NCBI GenBank assembly: GCA_965218435.1 | Contig: CBDCKW010000009.1 | Location: 3,264,001-3,328,000, forward strand | From: Truepera sp. | GTDB lineage: Bacteria; Deinococcota; Deinococci; Deinococcales; Trueperaceae | Length of the DNA stretch: 64,000 nt | Reading direction: 5' to 3' | Shown here: in pieces, positions 17,646 to 30,047 of the stretch | Layout: each line of letters opens with the position of its first letter | Numbering within the stretch: the first letter of the stretch is position 1 | The notes under the pieces: generated by a model | Told to the model about the DNA's origin: nothing | What the model saw: the letters and a program-made list of their open reading frames with translations, nothing else | Databases searched by the model: none | Translations under genes and position numbers: made by a program

Positions 17646-18203
17646 TTAGTGCAGTTTAACTGCCGCCGCGTTTTCCCGGTCGAGCTTTTTTTCCGGGAGA
17701 ACGCGGTTTAGTTTGAGGATAAACGCGCTGAGCGCGTAGCTCTGCTCATCGTTAAGCGTCCCCGGTGCGTGCCGGGGCATTGCCGCGCGGACGAACGCTT
17801 GGAGCGCCGCCGCGTTTTGAAACGCGGGCAGCGCGTCCGGGCCATGCAGAGCGGGCGCGACGCCGATAGAGAAGGCGTTGCCAATCGCCGAGCGGCCCCT
17901 GACCGACTCGAAACTGCGGTCACCCATCTGCACTCTCAGCTGAGGGTTGCCCGGTTTATGGCAGCCTTCGCAGTGGCGGTGGTCTTCAGGAAAAGCGAGG
18001 CGGGCCTCGGCGAGTCCGCCGCCTGCGTCCCCATGACAGACTGCGCAGCGTAACGCAAAAATCTGTTTTCCCCTGGTGACTTGGTGCGTAAGAGCTGACT
18101 CGTCTTTCGCCAAAACCTTCGCTCCAGGTTTACCTGCAAAGGACGCGCCCAGCGATAACGCGAGTAAACCGACTACGAAAAGTGTAAAAACCAGACTGCG
18201 CAT
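17646..18203 (-). CDS. Exported c-type cytochrome with two CXXCH motifs
   Basis: Signal peptide; CAVCH and CEGCH; MP axial-ligand motif near the C-terminus. Confidence 0.85.
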   Translation of the reverse strand: MRSLVFTLFVVGLLALSLGASFAGKPGAKVLAKDESALTHQVTRGKQIFALRCAVCHGDAGGGLAEARLAFPEDHRHCEGCHKPGNPQLRVQMGDRSFESVRGRSAIGNAFSIGVAPALHGPDALPAFQNAAALQAFVRAAMPRHAPGTLNDEQSYALSAFILKLNRVLPEKKLDRENAAAVKLH

Positions 18204-18229
18204 CTGCTAAGAGTCTACCAGTCCGACCC

Positions 18230-19141
18230 TCAGACCGTCTCGGGCGACCGCTGCCCGCACGGGTCAACGGGCTCACCGCTTTCAATCTGTAACGTCGTAT
18301 GGACGATTTCAAACTTATCGTGTAGCCCGCCGCACGCCTGCTGAATAAGCGGGTTGCTGTCGCCGTTATGTCCCGGAACGATCACGTGCGCCGTCAGCGC
18401 GGCCTCAGTGGTACTCATGGCCCAAATATGCAGGTCGTGAACATCCGTGACCCCGGGCAGACTCTGCAGATAATCGCGTACTGCCTCCGGGTTGATGCCG
18501 TCCGGTACTGCGTCTAAAGAGAGCCGCAGCGTATCCCGGAAAAGCCCCCAGGTACTCCAAAGTACGACCCCGACGATGACTAGGCTGATCACTGGGTCGA
18601 GCCAGTTGGCACCGGTGTAGAGGATCAGGACGCCCGCGAGGAGGACGCCTAACGTCACGAGACCGTCAGCCATCATGTGCAAAAATGCGCCCCGGATGTT
18701 GAGGTCGTCTCGGCCTTTGACAAACAGATAAGCCGTGCCGAAGTTGACGACGAGCCCCACCAGCGTCACCCAGATGATCGCAGCGCCGGAGATGGGTTCT
18801 GGGTTTCGCAGCCGCTGAACCGCCTCCCAAAAAACGATACCCATCGCGCCGAAGAGCAGCAGCGCGTTAAAGAGTGAGGCGACGATGGGCGAACGTTTGA
18901 GGCCGTAGGTAAAGCGTTCAGACGGGGGTTGCTGCGACAACCGCGCGGCGGCCCAGGCGAGAATGAGGCTCAGCACGTCGCTGGCGTTATGGCCAGCGTC
19001 GGCGACGAGACCGAGTGAACCGATAGCTAAACCGACGATGACTTCGACGACGACGTAAGTCAGGTTGAGCCCGATACCCCAGGCGAAGGCGCGGCCGAAG
19101 TTTTGCGGTGTATGTGAATGTCCTGCGTGACTATGTGCCAC
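18230..19141 (-). CDS. CDF family Zn/Co/Cd efflux transporter (CzcD/ZitB-like)
   Basis: His-rich N-terminus; ADAGHNASD, GAFLHMMAD and VHDLHIW motifs. Confidence 0.93.
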   Translation of the reverse strand: MAHSHAGHSHTPQNFGRAFAWGIGLNLTYVVVEVIVGLAIGSLGLVADAGHNASDVLSLILAWAAARLSQQPPSERFTYGLKRSPIVASLFNALLLFGAMGIVFWEAVQRLRNPEPISGAAIIWVTLVGLVVNFGTAYLFVKGRDDLNIRGAFLHMMADGLVTLGVLLAGVLILYTGANWLDPVISLVIVGVVLWSTWGLFRDTLRLSLDAVPDGINPEAVRDYLQSLPGVTDVHDLHIWAMSTTEAALTAHVIVPGHNGDSNPLIQQACGGLHDKFEIVHTTLQIESGEPVDPCGQRSPETV

Positions 19142-19166
19142 TAAATCTCCTCTAAAATTATTGACA

Positions 19167-19709
19167 TTAAAAAAACCGTGGAACTTGCTTGCAGTAGCGG
19201 TCGTAGTCAGTGCCGAAACGCTCTCTTAACCAAGGCTCTTCGGTAAAAGGCCATAAGATAAAGAGCAGCGCCCCCAGTAAACCGGGCAGGATGACGAGAG
19301 CTGCATTACTAAACAAGACCAGACCGATAAGAGTGGCAGCGTCACCTAGATATTGAGGGTTGCGGGTGTAACGGTAGAGCCCTGTAGTTGTCAGCTTGCC
19401 TTTAAGCCCAGCAGAGTTAGACGCGCCCAACCGACCAACGCCGGAAAAGGCTAGCAGCAGCCCGCCCGCAAACAAAGGCAAACCGACAACGTAGCGCAGC
19501 CAATCGGGAACTATGAAGCTGTTCCAATCCAGTAGGGCTAGCACTCCAAGAGCTACGAAAACGAAGAGGATGAGCACCCAGACAAACCAGAACTGCGGGC
19601 TTTTCCAACCCGGTGTCGGCCAGACTCTGTGCGCCGGACTGAGGATAGAAATAACCAAGCTGATGCCAAGCGCCAGCTCAGCGGCGAGAGTAAGGTAAAA
19701 AAGCACCAT
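19167..19709 (-). CDS. PEMT/isoprenylcysteine methyltransferase-like membrane protein
   Basis: TTGLYRYTRNPQY and EEPWLRERFGTDYDRYCKQVPRFF motifs. Confidence 0.85.
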   Translation of the reverse strand: MVLFYLTLAAELALGISLVISILSPAHRVWPTPGWKSPQFWFVWVLILFVFVALGVLALLDWNSFIVPDWLRYVVGLPLFAGGLLLAFSGVGRLGASNSAGLKGKLTTTGLYRYTRNPQYLGDAATLIGLVLFSNAALVILPGLLGALLFILWPFTEEPWLRERFGTDYDRYCKQVPRFF

Positions 19710-19711
19710 CG

Positions 19712-20020
19712 TTACTGACCGTGTTGAACGTGCTCGAGCCCACACCTGACCAGTTGCTCGACGTGCGCGTCGTCCAAGCTGTAAAACACGTAACGCCCCT
19801 CTTTACGGCTTTTGACGAGCCGCAGCTGCCGCAAATGCCGCAGATGGTGCGAGGTGGCCGACTCGCTCAGCTTGGCCTGAGCTGCCAAATCGGTAACGTT
19901 ATGCTCTCGTTCCGTTAGTGCCGCTAAGATCAGGATGCGTGCGCCGTCGCCCAGCGTGCGGAAAAGTTCGGCCAAAGAGATCGCAGCCCCTTCATCTACG
20001 TGTACCGCTAACTCCGGCAT
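19712..20020 (-). CDS. ArsR/SmtB family metalloregulator
   Basis: LAELFRTLGDGAR, SESATSHHLR and FYSLDDAHV...GLEH (alpha5-type ligand positions). Confidence 0.92.
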   Translation of the reverse strand: MPELAVHVDEGAAISLAELFRTLGDGARILILAALTEREHNVTDLAAQAKLSESATSHHLRHLRQLRLVKSRKEGRYVFYSLDDAHVEQLVRCGLEHVQHGQ

Positions 20021-20028
20021 AGTTTAGC

Positions 20029-20050
20029 ACCTGAACATCTATTCATATAT
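20029..20050 (-). promoter_or_regulatory. SmtB/ArsR-box operator
   Basis: Minus strand ATATATGAATAGATGTTCAGGT, an imperfect TGAA..TTCA palindrome just downstream of TATAAT (20059-20054). Confidence 0.75.
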
Positions 20051-20130
20051 TTGATTATAAACCGAGTCTACTTCCCAAGATCAAAGACAACCTTAAAAAC
20101 CGGTAAGTTAGCTGGTTCTGCCGACTAAAG

Positions 20131-20796
20131 CTAAGCCCCAGCAGGGCAGGCGCACGCCTCAGCCGGACAACGCCCTGCCGGACACAGCGCCGGGTGCAGC
20201 TCCCGCCACGCCTCAGTTAGCACCGTAAAAGCCGAACGGAGAAACAGCGCCGTAATCACCAAACTGATCAGCAAGTCGGGCCACACGGAGTGGGTGAACA
20301 CCGTCACACCGGCAGCGAGGATCACGCTGGTGTTGGCCGCGATGTCGTTACGCGAGCAGAGCCAGGTCGAACGCATGTTGATGTCGTCAGCTCGGTGCCG
20401 AGTGAGCAGATAGAGGCACACGCCGTTGGCCGCGAGTGCGACGAGGGCCGTCAGGCCCATCAAACCCGCTTCCGGAGTCTCTGGGACGTGGAGTTTATAG
20501 ATAGCCTGCCCCAAGACCCCGAGGCCGAACACCGCCATAATGCCGCCCTTAAGGAGTGCTGAACGTGCCCGCCAGTGCAGCGCCCGACCGATAGCAAAGA
20601 TACTAAAGCCGTACACCAGCGTGTCACCAAGCATATCGAGCGAATCCGCCAAGAGCGCCACCGACCCGGCCCATAGGCCCATAATTAGCTCGAGGACGAA
20701 CATACCGCCGTTAATCCCCAGCACCGTCCACAGCACTCGGGACTGGCTCTTCTGTAAAGCTTCGACTTCGCAGCCTTTATCTTGGCAACACGACAT
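20131..20796 (-). CDS. Short CDF-family cation transporter with Cys-rich termini
   Basis: SVALLADSLDMLGD and DINMRSTWLCSRNDIAAN motifs; MSCCQDKGC N-terminus and CPAGRCPAEACAC tail. Confidence 0.88.
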   Translation of the reverse strand: MSCCQDKGCEVEALQKSQSRVLWTVLGINGGMFVLELIMGLWAGSVALLADSLDMLGDTLVYGFSIFAIGRALHWRARSALLKGGIMAVFGLGVLGQAIYKLHVPETPEAGLMGLTALVALAANGVCLYLLTRHRADDINMRSTWLCSRNDIAANTSVILAAGVTVFTHSVWPDLLISLVITALFLRSAFTVLTEAWRELHPALCPAGRCPAEACACPAGA

Positions 20797-20892
20797 ACCG
20801 GGATTATAGACCTTTGAGCGGCAGGTGTTGGCGGTGGCGCTACCCTTAGGCTGTCCCAGGCGTAGGGACTCGAACTCGTTTTGTCCAAGCGG

Positions 20893-21339
20893 CTAGCTGG
20901 GCACGTAAATAGCCCTGGTCATGAGTCCAACAGCGATAAGCGTAAGCGCAAACCCCAGCAGCGCAAACCGCCGCGCAGGACGGATATCCTTCGTTTCTTT
21001 GAGGTTGCGTAAGGCAGGCCGGAGCGCCCCGTCCCCGATCCCGAGTAGAGCTACCGCGATAACGATACACACGGTGACGATGCCGCCCCACTCCCCTTTG
21101 AACAAACTGTCGTAACCACGCGTTCTAAGAACTAGAATTAGTCCGAAAAAGATCGTGGCCATCCCCGAATAGGTCAGCACGCGTACAGTCGTTTCGGCGA
21201 GGGACTCGAGCCCAGCTGCACCTTTCGCTAAGGCCGGAATCAGGAGAAATGCCAGCACGATATACCCGCCTACCCACAGTGCTCCGCCGACGACGTGACC
21301 GTAACGAATCAGCCACGTTACCGTCGCGGCCAGCGTCAT
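20893..21339 (-). CDS. Four-TM membrane protein (CopD/DUF2269-like)
   Basis: RYGHVVGGALWVGG start and four hydrophobic helices. Confidence 0.6.
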   Translation of the reverse strand: MTLAATVTWLIRYGHVVGGALWVGGYIVLAFLLIPALAKGAAGLESLAETTVRVLTYSGMATIFFGLILVLRTRGYDSLFKGEWGGIVTVCIVIAVALLGIGDGALRPALRNLKETKDIRPARRFALLGFALTLIAVGLMTRAIYVPS

Positions 21340-21692
21340 GCTCGTCCTTCTAACGCGTCTTGACGGACTGATTGTGCCCTTTTAAGCTGCCGGCTGATGA
21401 GAACTTCACCGATAAACGCGCCCGGTGGACCCCCGGTAAAAACGGTAGCCGCCAAAAACCACCAGCTCCAGAGCCCATCGGTTGCCCCGGTAAAGACCAG
21501 CACCACGAGCGCCAAAAAGTTACCGCCGTGAACCGGGCCGAGGACACTGACCAGCGCACGGTTACCTAGCAGCGACGCGCTGACCAGCGTAACGAGTAAG
21601 AGGGCGTCAGCCAATGCGACCCAGCGTACGAAACGCAACCGGCGTAAGACGGCTCCAGGGTCCGGCACAGATTTAGTCATAAGTTTAGTCAT
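21336..21692 (-). CDS. DUF3817-like membrane protein
   Basis: RWVALADALLL...VSVLGPVHGGNF motif. Confidence 0.65.
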   Translation of the reverse strand: MTKLMTKSVPDPGAVLRRLRFVRWVALADALLLVTLVSASLLGNRALVSVLGPVHGGNFLALVVLVFTGATDGLWSWWFLAATVFTGGPPGAFIGEVLISRQLKRAQSVRQDALEGRA

Positions 21693-21703
21693 GGTCAAAC
21701 CTT

Positions 21704-22201
21704 TCAGAAACGTATAAATACTCGAGCCACCTTCTTAGTCCCACCATCAAGACGTTCGGGAGTCACAATAGGCGTTTGGCGAAACCAGCCAAACACAGGC
21801 GGTGCACCCGTAAAACACCACACCGCAATCACCGGGTCACAAATGGCGCAGCCGAACGAAGAGGGCGCGGCAAAAGGCACGATAGGGTCGCCGTAAAGGT
21901 AGTGCGCGAAATCCCAACAGGTGTGCAGCAACCACGCAGCTCCGATAAACCGGTAGTCGGCCAAGCCCCGAAAAGCGCAGTACGTGATGAGCGTCACAAA
22001 CACGAACTCCCAGACGCCGAAACCACCGCTCAGATACGCGGCTCCGGCACCTGCAATCATCACAGCATTAAACTTTTGCCGCGCCGGTTCTTTGAGTAAA
22101 GAACTCAGAGTGATGTAGAGCAAACCGATAACGAGCGGGGCAAGCCAGTTAGCGAGGTTCAGCACGGCAAGTTTTTGTATAAGCAATTCGGTAAATAGCA
22201 T
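21704..22201 (-). CDS. Conserved membrane protein (DUF6010-like)
   Basis: AGAGAAYLSGG, WLLHTCWD and SFGCAICDPVIAVW motifs; family name recalled, unverified. Confidence 0.65.
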   Translation of the reverse strand: MLFTELLIQKLAVLNLANWLAPLVIGLLYITLSSLLKEPARQKFNAVMIAGAGAAYLSGGFGVWEFVFVTLITYCAFRGLADYRFIGAAWLLHTCWDFAHYLYGDPIVPFAAPSSFGCAICDPVIAVWCFTGAPPVFGWFRQTPIVTPERLDGGTKKVARVFIRF

Positions 22202-22224
22202 GGTGTCCTTCAACACTTGTAGCT

Positions 22225-22818
22225 CTAACGGGGTTGAGCCGCTTGGATAAGGACTTCAAAACCTTGGAGTGCCACGGCGTCCGCCTCACGGTCACGCATC
22301 AGCCGCTGCATGGTGTGATGCGCGTTGTAAAGACCGAAAAGCTGCCACGCCAACGCTTTAGCATCGGTCTCAGCGCCTAACTGTTTTAGCTCTACCGCTT
22401 CACCGATAACCTGTTGGAAAACGCCGAGCAAACCAGCTAACGTCTCAACTAAATAGTCCCGCACCGCGCCTTCTACCTCATCGAACTCGGCCGTAGCCGC
22501 GACAAAGGGGCAGCCACCGGGCAATCCTGAGCGCGGAGCCCAGCCCAACCAGCGGTCAAAGAGACGGCGTAACCGGGGCAAACCGGGGGGCGCTTGCATG
22601 GCGGGCTCAAGGACTTCACGCCCAGCTAGTGCGGCGGCAGCTTGGAGCAGCTCGAGCTGTAACGCTTCGGACGAGCCGAAGTGCGCGAACACCCCACTTT
22701 TGGAGAGCTTGGCCTGCGCTGCTAACTCACCAATGGTGACGCCCCCAAAGCCGCAACTGCTGACAAGCCCTAAGCCGTGCCGTAAAAGTTGCTGATGCGT
22801 GCGTTCGTATTTCTGCAT
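22225..22818 (-). CDS. TetR family regulator (leaderless)
   Basis: TIGELAAQAKLSKSGVFAHFGS HTH and GGCPF motif; TTGCAA-17-TATTTT-6-ATG. Confidence 0.92.
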   Translation of the reverse strand: MQKYERTHQQLLRHGLGLVSSCGFGGVTIGELAAQAKLSKSGVFAHFGSSEALQLELLQAAAALAGREVLEPAMQAPPGLPRLRRLFDRWLGWAPRSGLPGGCPFVAATAEFDEVEGAVRDYLVETLAGLLGVFQQVIGEAVELKQLGAETDAKALAWQLFGLYNAHHTMQRLMRDREADAVALQGFEVLIQAAQPR

Positions 22819-22823
22819 GTTGT

Positions 22824-22849
22824 AAAAATAGCACGAACGTTTTATTTTT
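22824..22849. promoter_or_regulatory. Probable TetR operator overlapping its own promoter
   Basis: Imperfect palindrome AAAAATAGCACG-AA-CGTTTTATTTTT. Confidence 0.7.
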
Positions 22850-23154
22850 GCAAGATACAGAGTAGACCGAAGCACGCCAATTTTTGGACATCCAGAAAGA
22901 TTTAACTTTCACCATATGATTCCTATAACAGAAGCAAGAACTGCTGCTGACGACCACTGGAAGGCTAAGCACGAGTCTCGTCACGTAGCTATTTAAGCCC
23001 CACCCACAAAGAACGTTTGCGCTATTTAGATGTCTACCAACGCGTCAGTTTGTACTTGTGAGCTTGCCGAACTCGAGCCCCTAAAGTTAGCTCACCGAAC
23101 GCAAAGGCTGAGGTCGGGTAGCGGTGACAACTTAGTGACTTAAAAAATGAGAAG

Positions 23155-23757
23155 CTAATCTGGCAGCGTCACCGTAAAGACGTTTGAGGTAGTAGCCCCC
23201 GGAGGTAAGTCACACGGGCCAAAAGGGTCTAGGTCGCTCGAGCAAGAACTCGCACTATAACCAAGCTGCATACGGCCCCCAAGTAAGCCGAAGGGTTCTC
23301 CGGTCGCGCCGTCCCACGCATTAGGTCCTGAAATTACAAGCGTGTCAACCCGCTGTTCTTCCGGTCGCACTTCGATAAACTTGTTGTGCCCCACACACGC
23401 CCAATTTGGATTGTACGCACTTTCTTCTTGGGTCAGAGCGCCTACACCATAGATAGGAGACGTATCTTCAGGGTAGCAAAGATCAAAGTAAACCGGGGCG
23501 TCGGTCTGATTGGTATAGGTCAGCAGCAGCGTAACCGTACAGCTTTTGCGGTAACCTTCGCCCTGACAACTTGCAGTGTAGGTAGCTCGGTCGGTCTCGA
23601 GTGATCCGTCAGTGGGAATGGGGTCACGAACCTCAGCAGGCGGCGGTGTATCCGGCCCGGACTGACTCGGCGCAGGCTCAGACGCACACCCTACCAATAG
23701 TGTCAAAACCAATGGTGTCAAAACGCTTGTGACCATCAGTAACTTGTTCGGCCTCAT
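23155..23757 (-). CDS. Uncharacterised lipoprotein
   Basis: Lipobox LVGC, Pro-rich linker, beta-rich domain with six further Cys. Confidence 0.7.
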   Translation of the reverse strand: MRPNKLLMVTSVLTPLVLTLLVGCASEPAPSQSGPDTPPPAEVRDPIPTDGSLETDRATYTASCQGEGYRKSCTVTLLLTYTNQTDAPVYFDLCYPEDTSPIYGVGALTQEESAYNPNWACVGHNKFIEVRPEEQRVDTLVISGPNAWDGATGEPFGLLGGRMQLGYSASSCSSDLDPFGPCDLPPGATTSNVFTVTLPD

Positions 23758-23860
23758 AAGGTTTCCTCGGGACGGAAGAAATTTGCCTTAACTTTAGCAT
23801 AACGGCACAAGAAGGCTACATACAGCGCAAAGCCGTATGCAGCACTTAGATAAAGAAGAA

Positions 23861-26590
<2,730 letters not shown>

Positions 26591-26666
26591 GTAGCCTCCT
26601 TGATGAGTAGTTTATCCTAGCCGATTTTGTAGCTAAAAATCTCTGTGTACAAAACGTTTTCGAGGT

Positions 26667-27353
26667 TTACAATGGCGTAACAGCGCCGTAAACGAAAAAA
26701 TCAGCGGTTTTCCCGATACTACTTTGCCACCCTAACGTGGTCAGTTTTGCCTCCAGCTGTTCCGGTTCATAAAACACTTTGACGATGTCAAAGGTTCGAC
26801 CGTCGTCTAAACGCCGCGTTGTTGTCGTTGCGCCTGCACTACCTAGCACCTGATCTTTGGCGGTTCCTGCGGGGGTGTGGCTCGAGTCTATTAAAAACAC
26901 CCGTCCGCAGGGGTTGAGGCACGCCTTTACGGTCGCCCAAAAGCTTGCAAACCGCTCCGGCGGGACGTGCGAGAGCCAGAACGAAAAGAACACCGTGTCG
27001 TACTTTCGCTCCGGTGTCCAGTTAAACAGATCAGCTTGCACGTACCTGATCTTTGCCGACGGCAACCGCGCCCGGTTTAACCCGAGGACTTCGGGTGACG
27101 CGTCTACCGCTGTCAACGAATCCCCATAGTGAGCAAGGTGCTCCGTCCACCACCCCGTCCCACACGCGAGTTCTAAAAGGTCACCGCGCGGCGCGAAGTC
27201 GGCAAGAGCTTTCCCCAACACCTCGACTTCAGCGAACCACTGCGCCCGGTGCGCTTCGCCCCGGTCGTACCGCCCCTGCAGCAAAAACCAAGCGTCGTAC
27301 TCGGACGCCCTGGCCCGGTAATACGCCCGTTGCGACGCCAGTAATTTATCCAT
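26667..27353 (-). CDS. Class I SAM-dependent methyltransferase
   Basis: LLELACGTGWWT and FFSFWLSHVP motifs; AGGAGG RBS. Confidence 0.9.
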   Translation of the reverse strand: MDKLLASQRAYYRARASEYDAWFLLQGRYDRGEAHRAQWFAEVEVLGKALADFAPRGDLLELACGTGWWTEHLAHYGDSLTAVDASPEVLGLNRARLPSAKIRYVQADLFNWTPERKYDTVFFSFWLSHVPPERFASFWATVKACLNPCGRVFLIDSSHTPAGTAKDQVLGSAGATTTTRRLDDGRTFDIVKVFYEPEQLEAKLTTLGWQSSIGKTADFFVYGAVTPL

Positions 27354-27393
27354 CCACGCCTCCTAATCTCAGTGTGAGGGTAAGCTGCGTGAT

Positions 27394-28038
27394 ATGGAAA
27401 ACCAAAAATCACCCAGCCTGACGATTACCGATCCGGACGCGGCGGCGGCGCTGACGAACCCGAAAACTTTGCGGCAGTTGGAACCCTTTTTGAACCGTGA
27501 ACGCACCGTGCTCGAGGCCGCGCAAGAAACCGGCGTCAAACCCAACACCATGCTGGCGAGGGTTCGCAAATTCACCGAATTAGGGCTTCTCGTCGTTACC
27601 CGTGAGGTGCCGAGAGCCGGACGCGCCGTCAAGCTCTACCGGAGCCGCGCCGAGAGCTTTTTTGTACCGTATGAAGTGACACCGTCGGAAACCTTAGAGA
27701 GTGCCATGCAGGAGCGCGAACGCTATTGGGAAAACCTGCTGAGAAAGAACGTCGTGCGCGTTCGGAGTGAAGATGTCGGGAGCTGGGGTACACGCATCTA
27801 CCGGGACGCTCGAGGCCGCTTGCAGGTGCAGGCCGCCGTAACGCCCGAGCAAAACTACACGCTCTTAGCGCCCGAACGCCCCGCCGCTCTGTCCGCGTGG
27901 CGCGATTCTGTCTATTTAGACTTTGACGATGCTAAAGCCTTGCAGCAAGAGATGTTTGCGCTACTGAAAAAGTATCAGCAAAAAGCGGGGGCGCAGCGGT
28001 ACATTTTTCATTTGGGCTTGGCCCCGATTAGGCCGTAA
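27394..28038 (+). CDS. Winged-helix protein of a Deinococcota-expanded ArsR-like type
   Basis: DPDAAAALTNP...LEPFL...EAAQETG...REVPRAGRAVKLYRS...FFVPY pattern. Confidence 0.75.
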   Translation: MENQKSPSLTITDPDAAAALTNPKTLRQLEPFLNRERTVLEAAQETGVKPNTMLARVRKFTELGLLVVTREVPRAGRAVKLYRSRAESFFVPYEVTPSETLESAMQERERYWENLLRKNVVRVRSEDVGSWGTRIYRDARGRLQVQAAVTPEQNYTLLAPERPAALSAWRDSVYLDFDDAKALQQEMFALLKKYQQKAGAQRYIFHLGLAPIRP

Positions 28039-28040
28039 CG

Positions 28041-28724
28041 ATGCTTATCTGTTTTGACCTAGACGATACCTTGTTCGACCACGGCAGCGCACAAGAGACT
28101 GCGGCACAAGAGTTTGGTAAGACTTACGGAGACCAATTGGCTGAGTTTAAGGGCACGTTTGCGGACACTTGGCGAGCGGCGGCGGAGAAACACGTCGAAG
28201 TCTTTTTGCGCGGCGACATCTCATTTCAAGAGCAGCGCCGCAGGCGTATTCATGAACTGATGACAGCTGAACTAAGCGACGACGAAGCCGACGAGTTTTT
28301 CAGCTTATACCTTGAAATCTACGAGGCTAACTGGACTTTGTTTGACGATGTGAAAGCTTGCTTAGCGGAGCTTGCTGACATGAAGCCTAGCAGCTATCAG
28401 CTGGGGATTATCACCAACGGTACCGAGACGCAGCAACTTCGTAAGCTGAAAACGCTGGGCATTTCAACCTATTTTGATTTTGTCTTAAGCGCCGATGGCG
28501 TGGGCACTGCTAAACCTCATCCGGCGATGTTTCAACGAGCAGAGCAGCTCACCCGGCTGACAAAGCTCGTTTATATCGGGGACGACCTGGCACTCGACGC
28601 CGAAGCCGCGACTCGAGCGGGTTGGTACGGCGTCTGGCTCGACCGGCGACGTCTCGGCTCATCTACACTCTTGCCTACAATTCATACGTTGCTCGAACTT
28701 CCGGCGCTCATCCGAGAGTTTTAA
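28041..28724 (+). CDS. HAD family hydrolase
   Basis: FDLDDTL, IITNG, AKPHP and YIGDD motifs. Confidence 0.92.
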   Translation: MLICFDLDDTLFDHGSAQETAAQEFGKTYGDQLAEFKGTFADTWRAAAEKHVEVFLRGDISFQEQRRRRIHELMTAELSDDEADEFFSLYLEIYEANWTLFDDVKACLAELADMKPSSYQLGIITNGTETQQLRKLKTLGISTYFDFVLSADGVGTAKPHPAMFQRAEQLTRLTKLVYIGDDLALDAEAATRAGWYGVWLDRRRLGSSTLLPTIHTLLELPALIREF

Positions 28725-28729
28725 GCCGC

Positions 28730-28749
28730 GCTTGGGCTCGAGCCCGAGC
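28730..28749. terminator. Hairpin between convergent genes, centred on CTCGAG
   Basis: GCTTGGGC-TCGA-GCCCGAGC. Confidence 0.45.
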
Positions 28750-28801
28750 AAATCCCACCCTCGTGCTTTAGGTGTTCGCTTTTAGGTATTCGCTACTCGG
28801 T

Positions 28802-29359
28802 TCAGGGCAAAACCAAATCGGTCTCGATGGTTTCGGGTAAGGGGTATCCTAAGGCGCGTCCAAACGCCAGCATCTGTCCTTTATGGTGAGACTCGTGCGT
28901 GACGTTCCTCATGAAGACCCAACGTTGCGTCACCACCGTGCGGCGACCGCTAGCCTTTGTGATCTCGAAGGGGTGATCCAAGTGGTCGAAGGTTTCGAAC
29001 GCCCGTTCCATGAGGTCATTCACCTGGAGAAACTGGCCGCGCATGGCGCTCACATCCGTCAAACGTAGGGTTTCGGCCCGTTCCAGCGCGATGATGGCCT
29101 CTATTCGAGCTGCGTGTGTAGCAACCTCTGCAGGAGGCAAAGCAGCGAGCTGCTGGTAGGGCTCAACCCCCAGACAGAAACGGCCCACAAACCACTCGTA
29201 CATATTCGCTACATGCGCGTGGACGTCACGAAGGCTGCTCGAGGGCAGACCCGGCTGATCTTGCAGGTACACCCGGCTCGGCAAGGATTCCGTGTACTCG
29301 AAGAGTCGTTCTCTCGTGCGTTTCACCCAGTCATACATGAGGGGCAAGGATGGGTCCAT
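28802..29359 (-). CDS. DinB family protein
   Basis: SLRDVHAHVA and THESHHKGQ His triad; AGGAGG RBS before ATG 29359. Confidence 0.88.
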   Translation of the reverse strand: MDPSLPLMYDWVKRTRERLFEYTESLPSRVYLQDQPGLPSSSLRDVHAHVANMYEWFVGRFCLGVEPYQQLAALPPAEVATHAARIEAIIALERAETLRLTDVSAMRGQFLQVNDLMERAFETFDHLDHPFEITKASGRRTVVTQRWVFMRNVTHESHHKGQMLAFGRALGYPLPETIETDLVLP

Positions 29360-29426
29360 GCTGGCCTCCTGCGTCACGCTATCATGTTTATCTTTTGCCC
29401 TCCAACCGGACCCCACCCCAAAGACT

Positions 29427-29980
29427 TTAGGAAACTGCAGGACGGTACTCGAGCGCAACGAGTCTGGAGTCAAGTACCTTGCTCTCAACCAGTTCTAGGT
29501 TGATGTCCGGGAGTTCAGCAAAGATCGGCTCCCTTCCCGTAGCTCCGAGAATTTGAGGAAAGACCATCAGCCGCAATCTATCAACCAGCCCGGTTTGCAG
29601 CAGGTTCTTCATCAATGACAGGCTACCTATCGTGCATATGGGATCGCCCGTCTGCCGCTTTAATGCCCTAATCTCATCTAAGTCTGATGCCAATTAAGTC
29701 TGATACCAATGTGGAGTTTGACCATGCCTGCGGTTCTTTTAGGGTTGACCACCAGCTTGGGAAGTTCGTTCATCCGTTTGCTAGGCTCATCAGACCCAGA
29801 CTGTGAGATACCCGCCATCATTTCGTACGTCACCCGTCCCATCAGCAGAATCTGGGGTGTTGCCGATTGTTCGTCAATCCACCGCTCGAGGTCAGGGCCG
29901 AAGTAACCGAAATAGGCGGGAGCACCTTCGCCTAAAGCAAAGCCGTCGAGGGTGATGATATCTGCGACAAACTCTCTTAT
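29427..29980 (-). pseudogene. RibD C-terminal/DHFR-like protein, degraded
   Basis: GAAAGGA RBS is followed by ATA instead of ATG. ITLDG and MGRVTYE lie in one frame; STLKEPQAWSNSTL in a second; GSLSL...GLVDRLRLMVFP in a third. A 16-bp tandem duplication at 29679-29710 causes one of the shifts. Confidence 0.85.
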
Positions 29981-30047
29981 CTTGATCCTTTCTGGATGCT
30001 TGCGCTGGGCTTTATGAAATCTGCAAACCACGAAACTGTCGGCTGGC

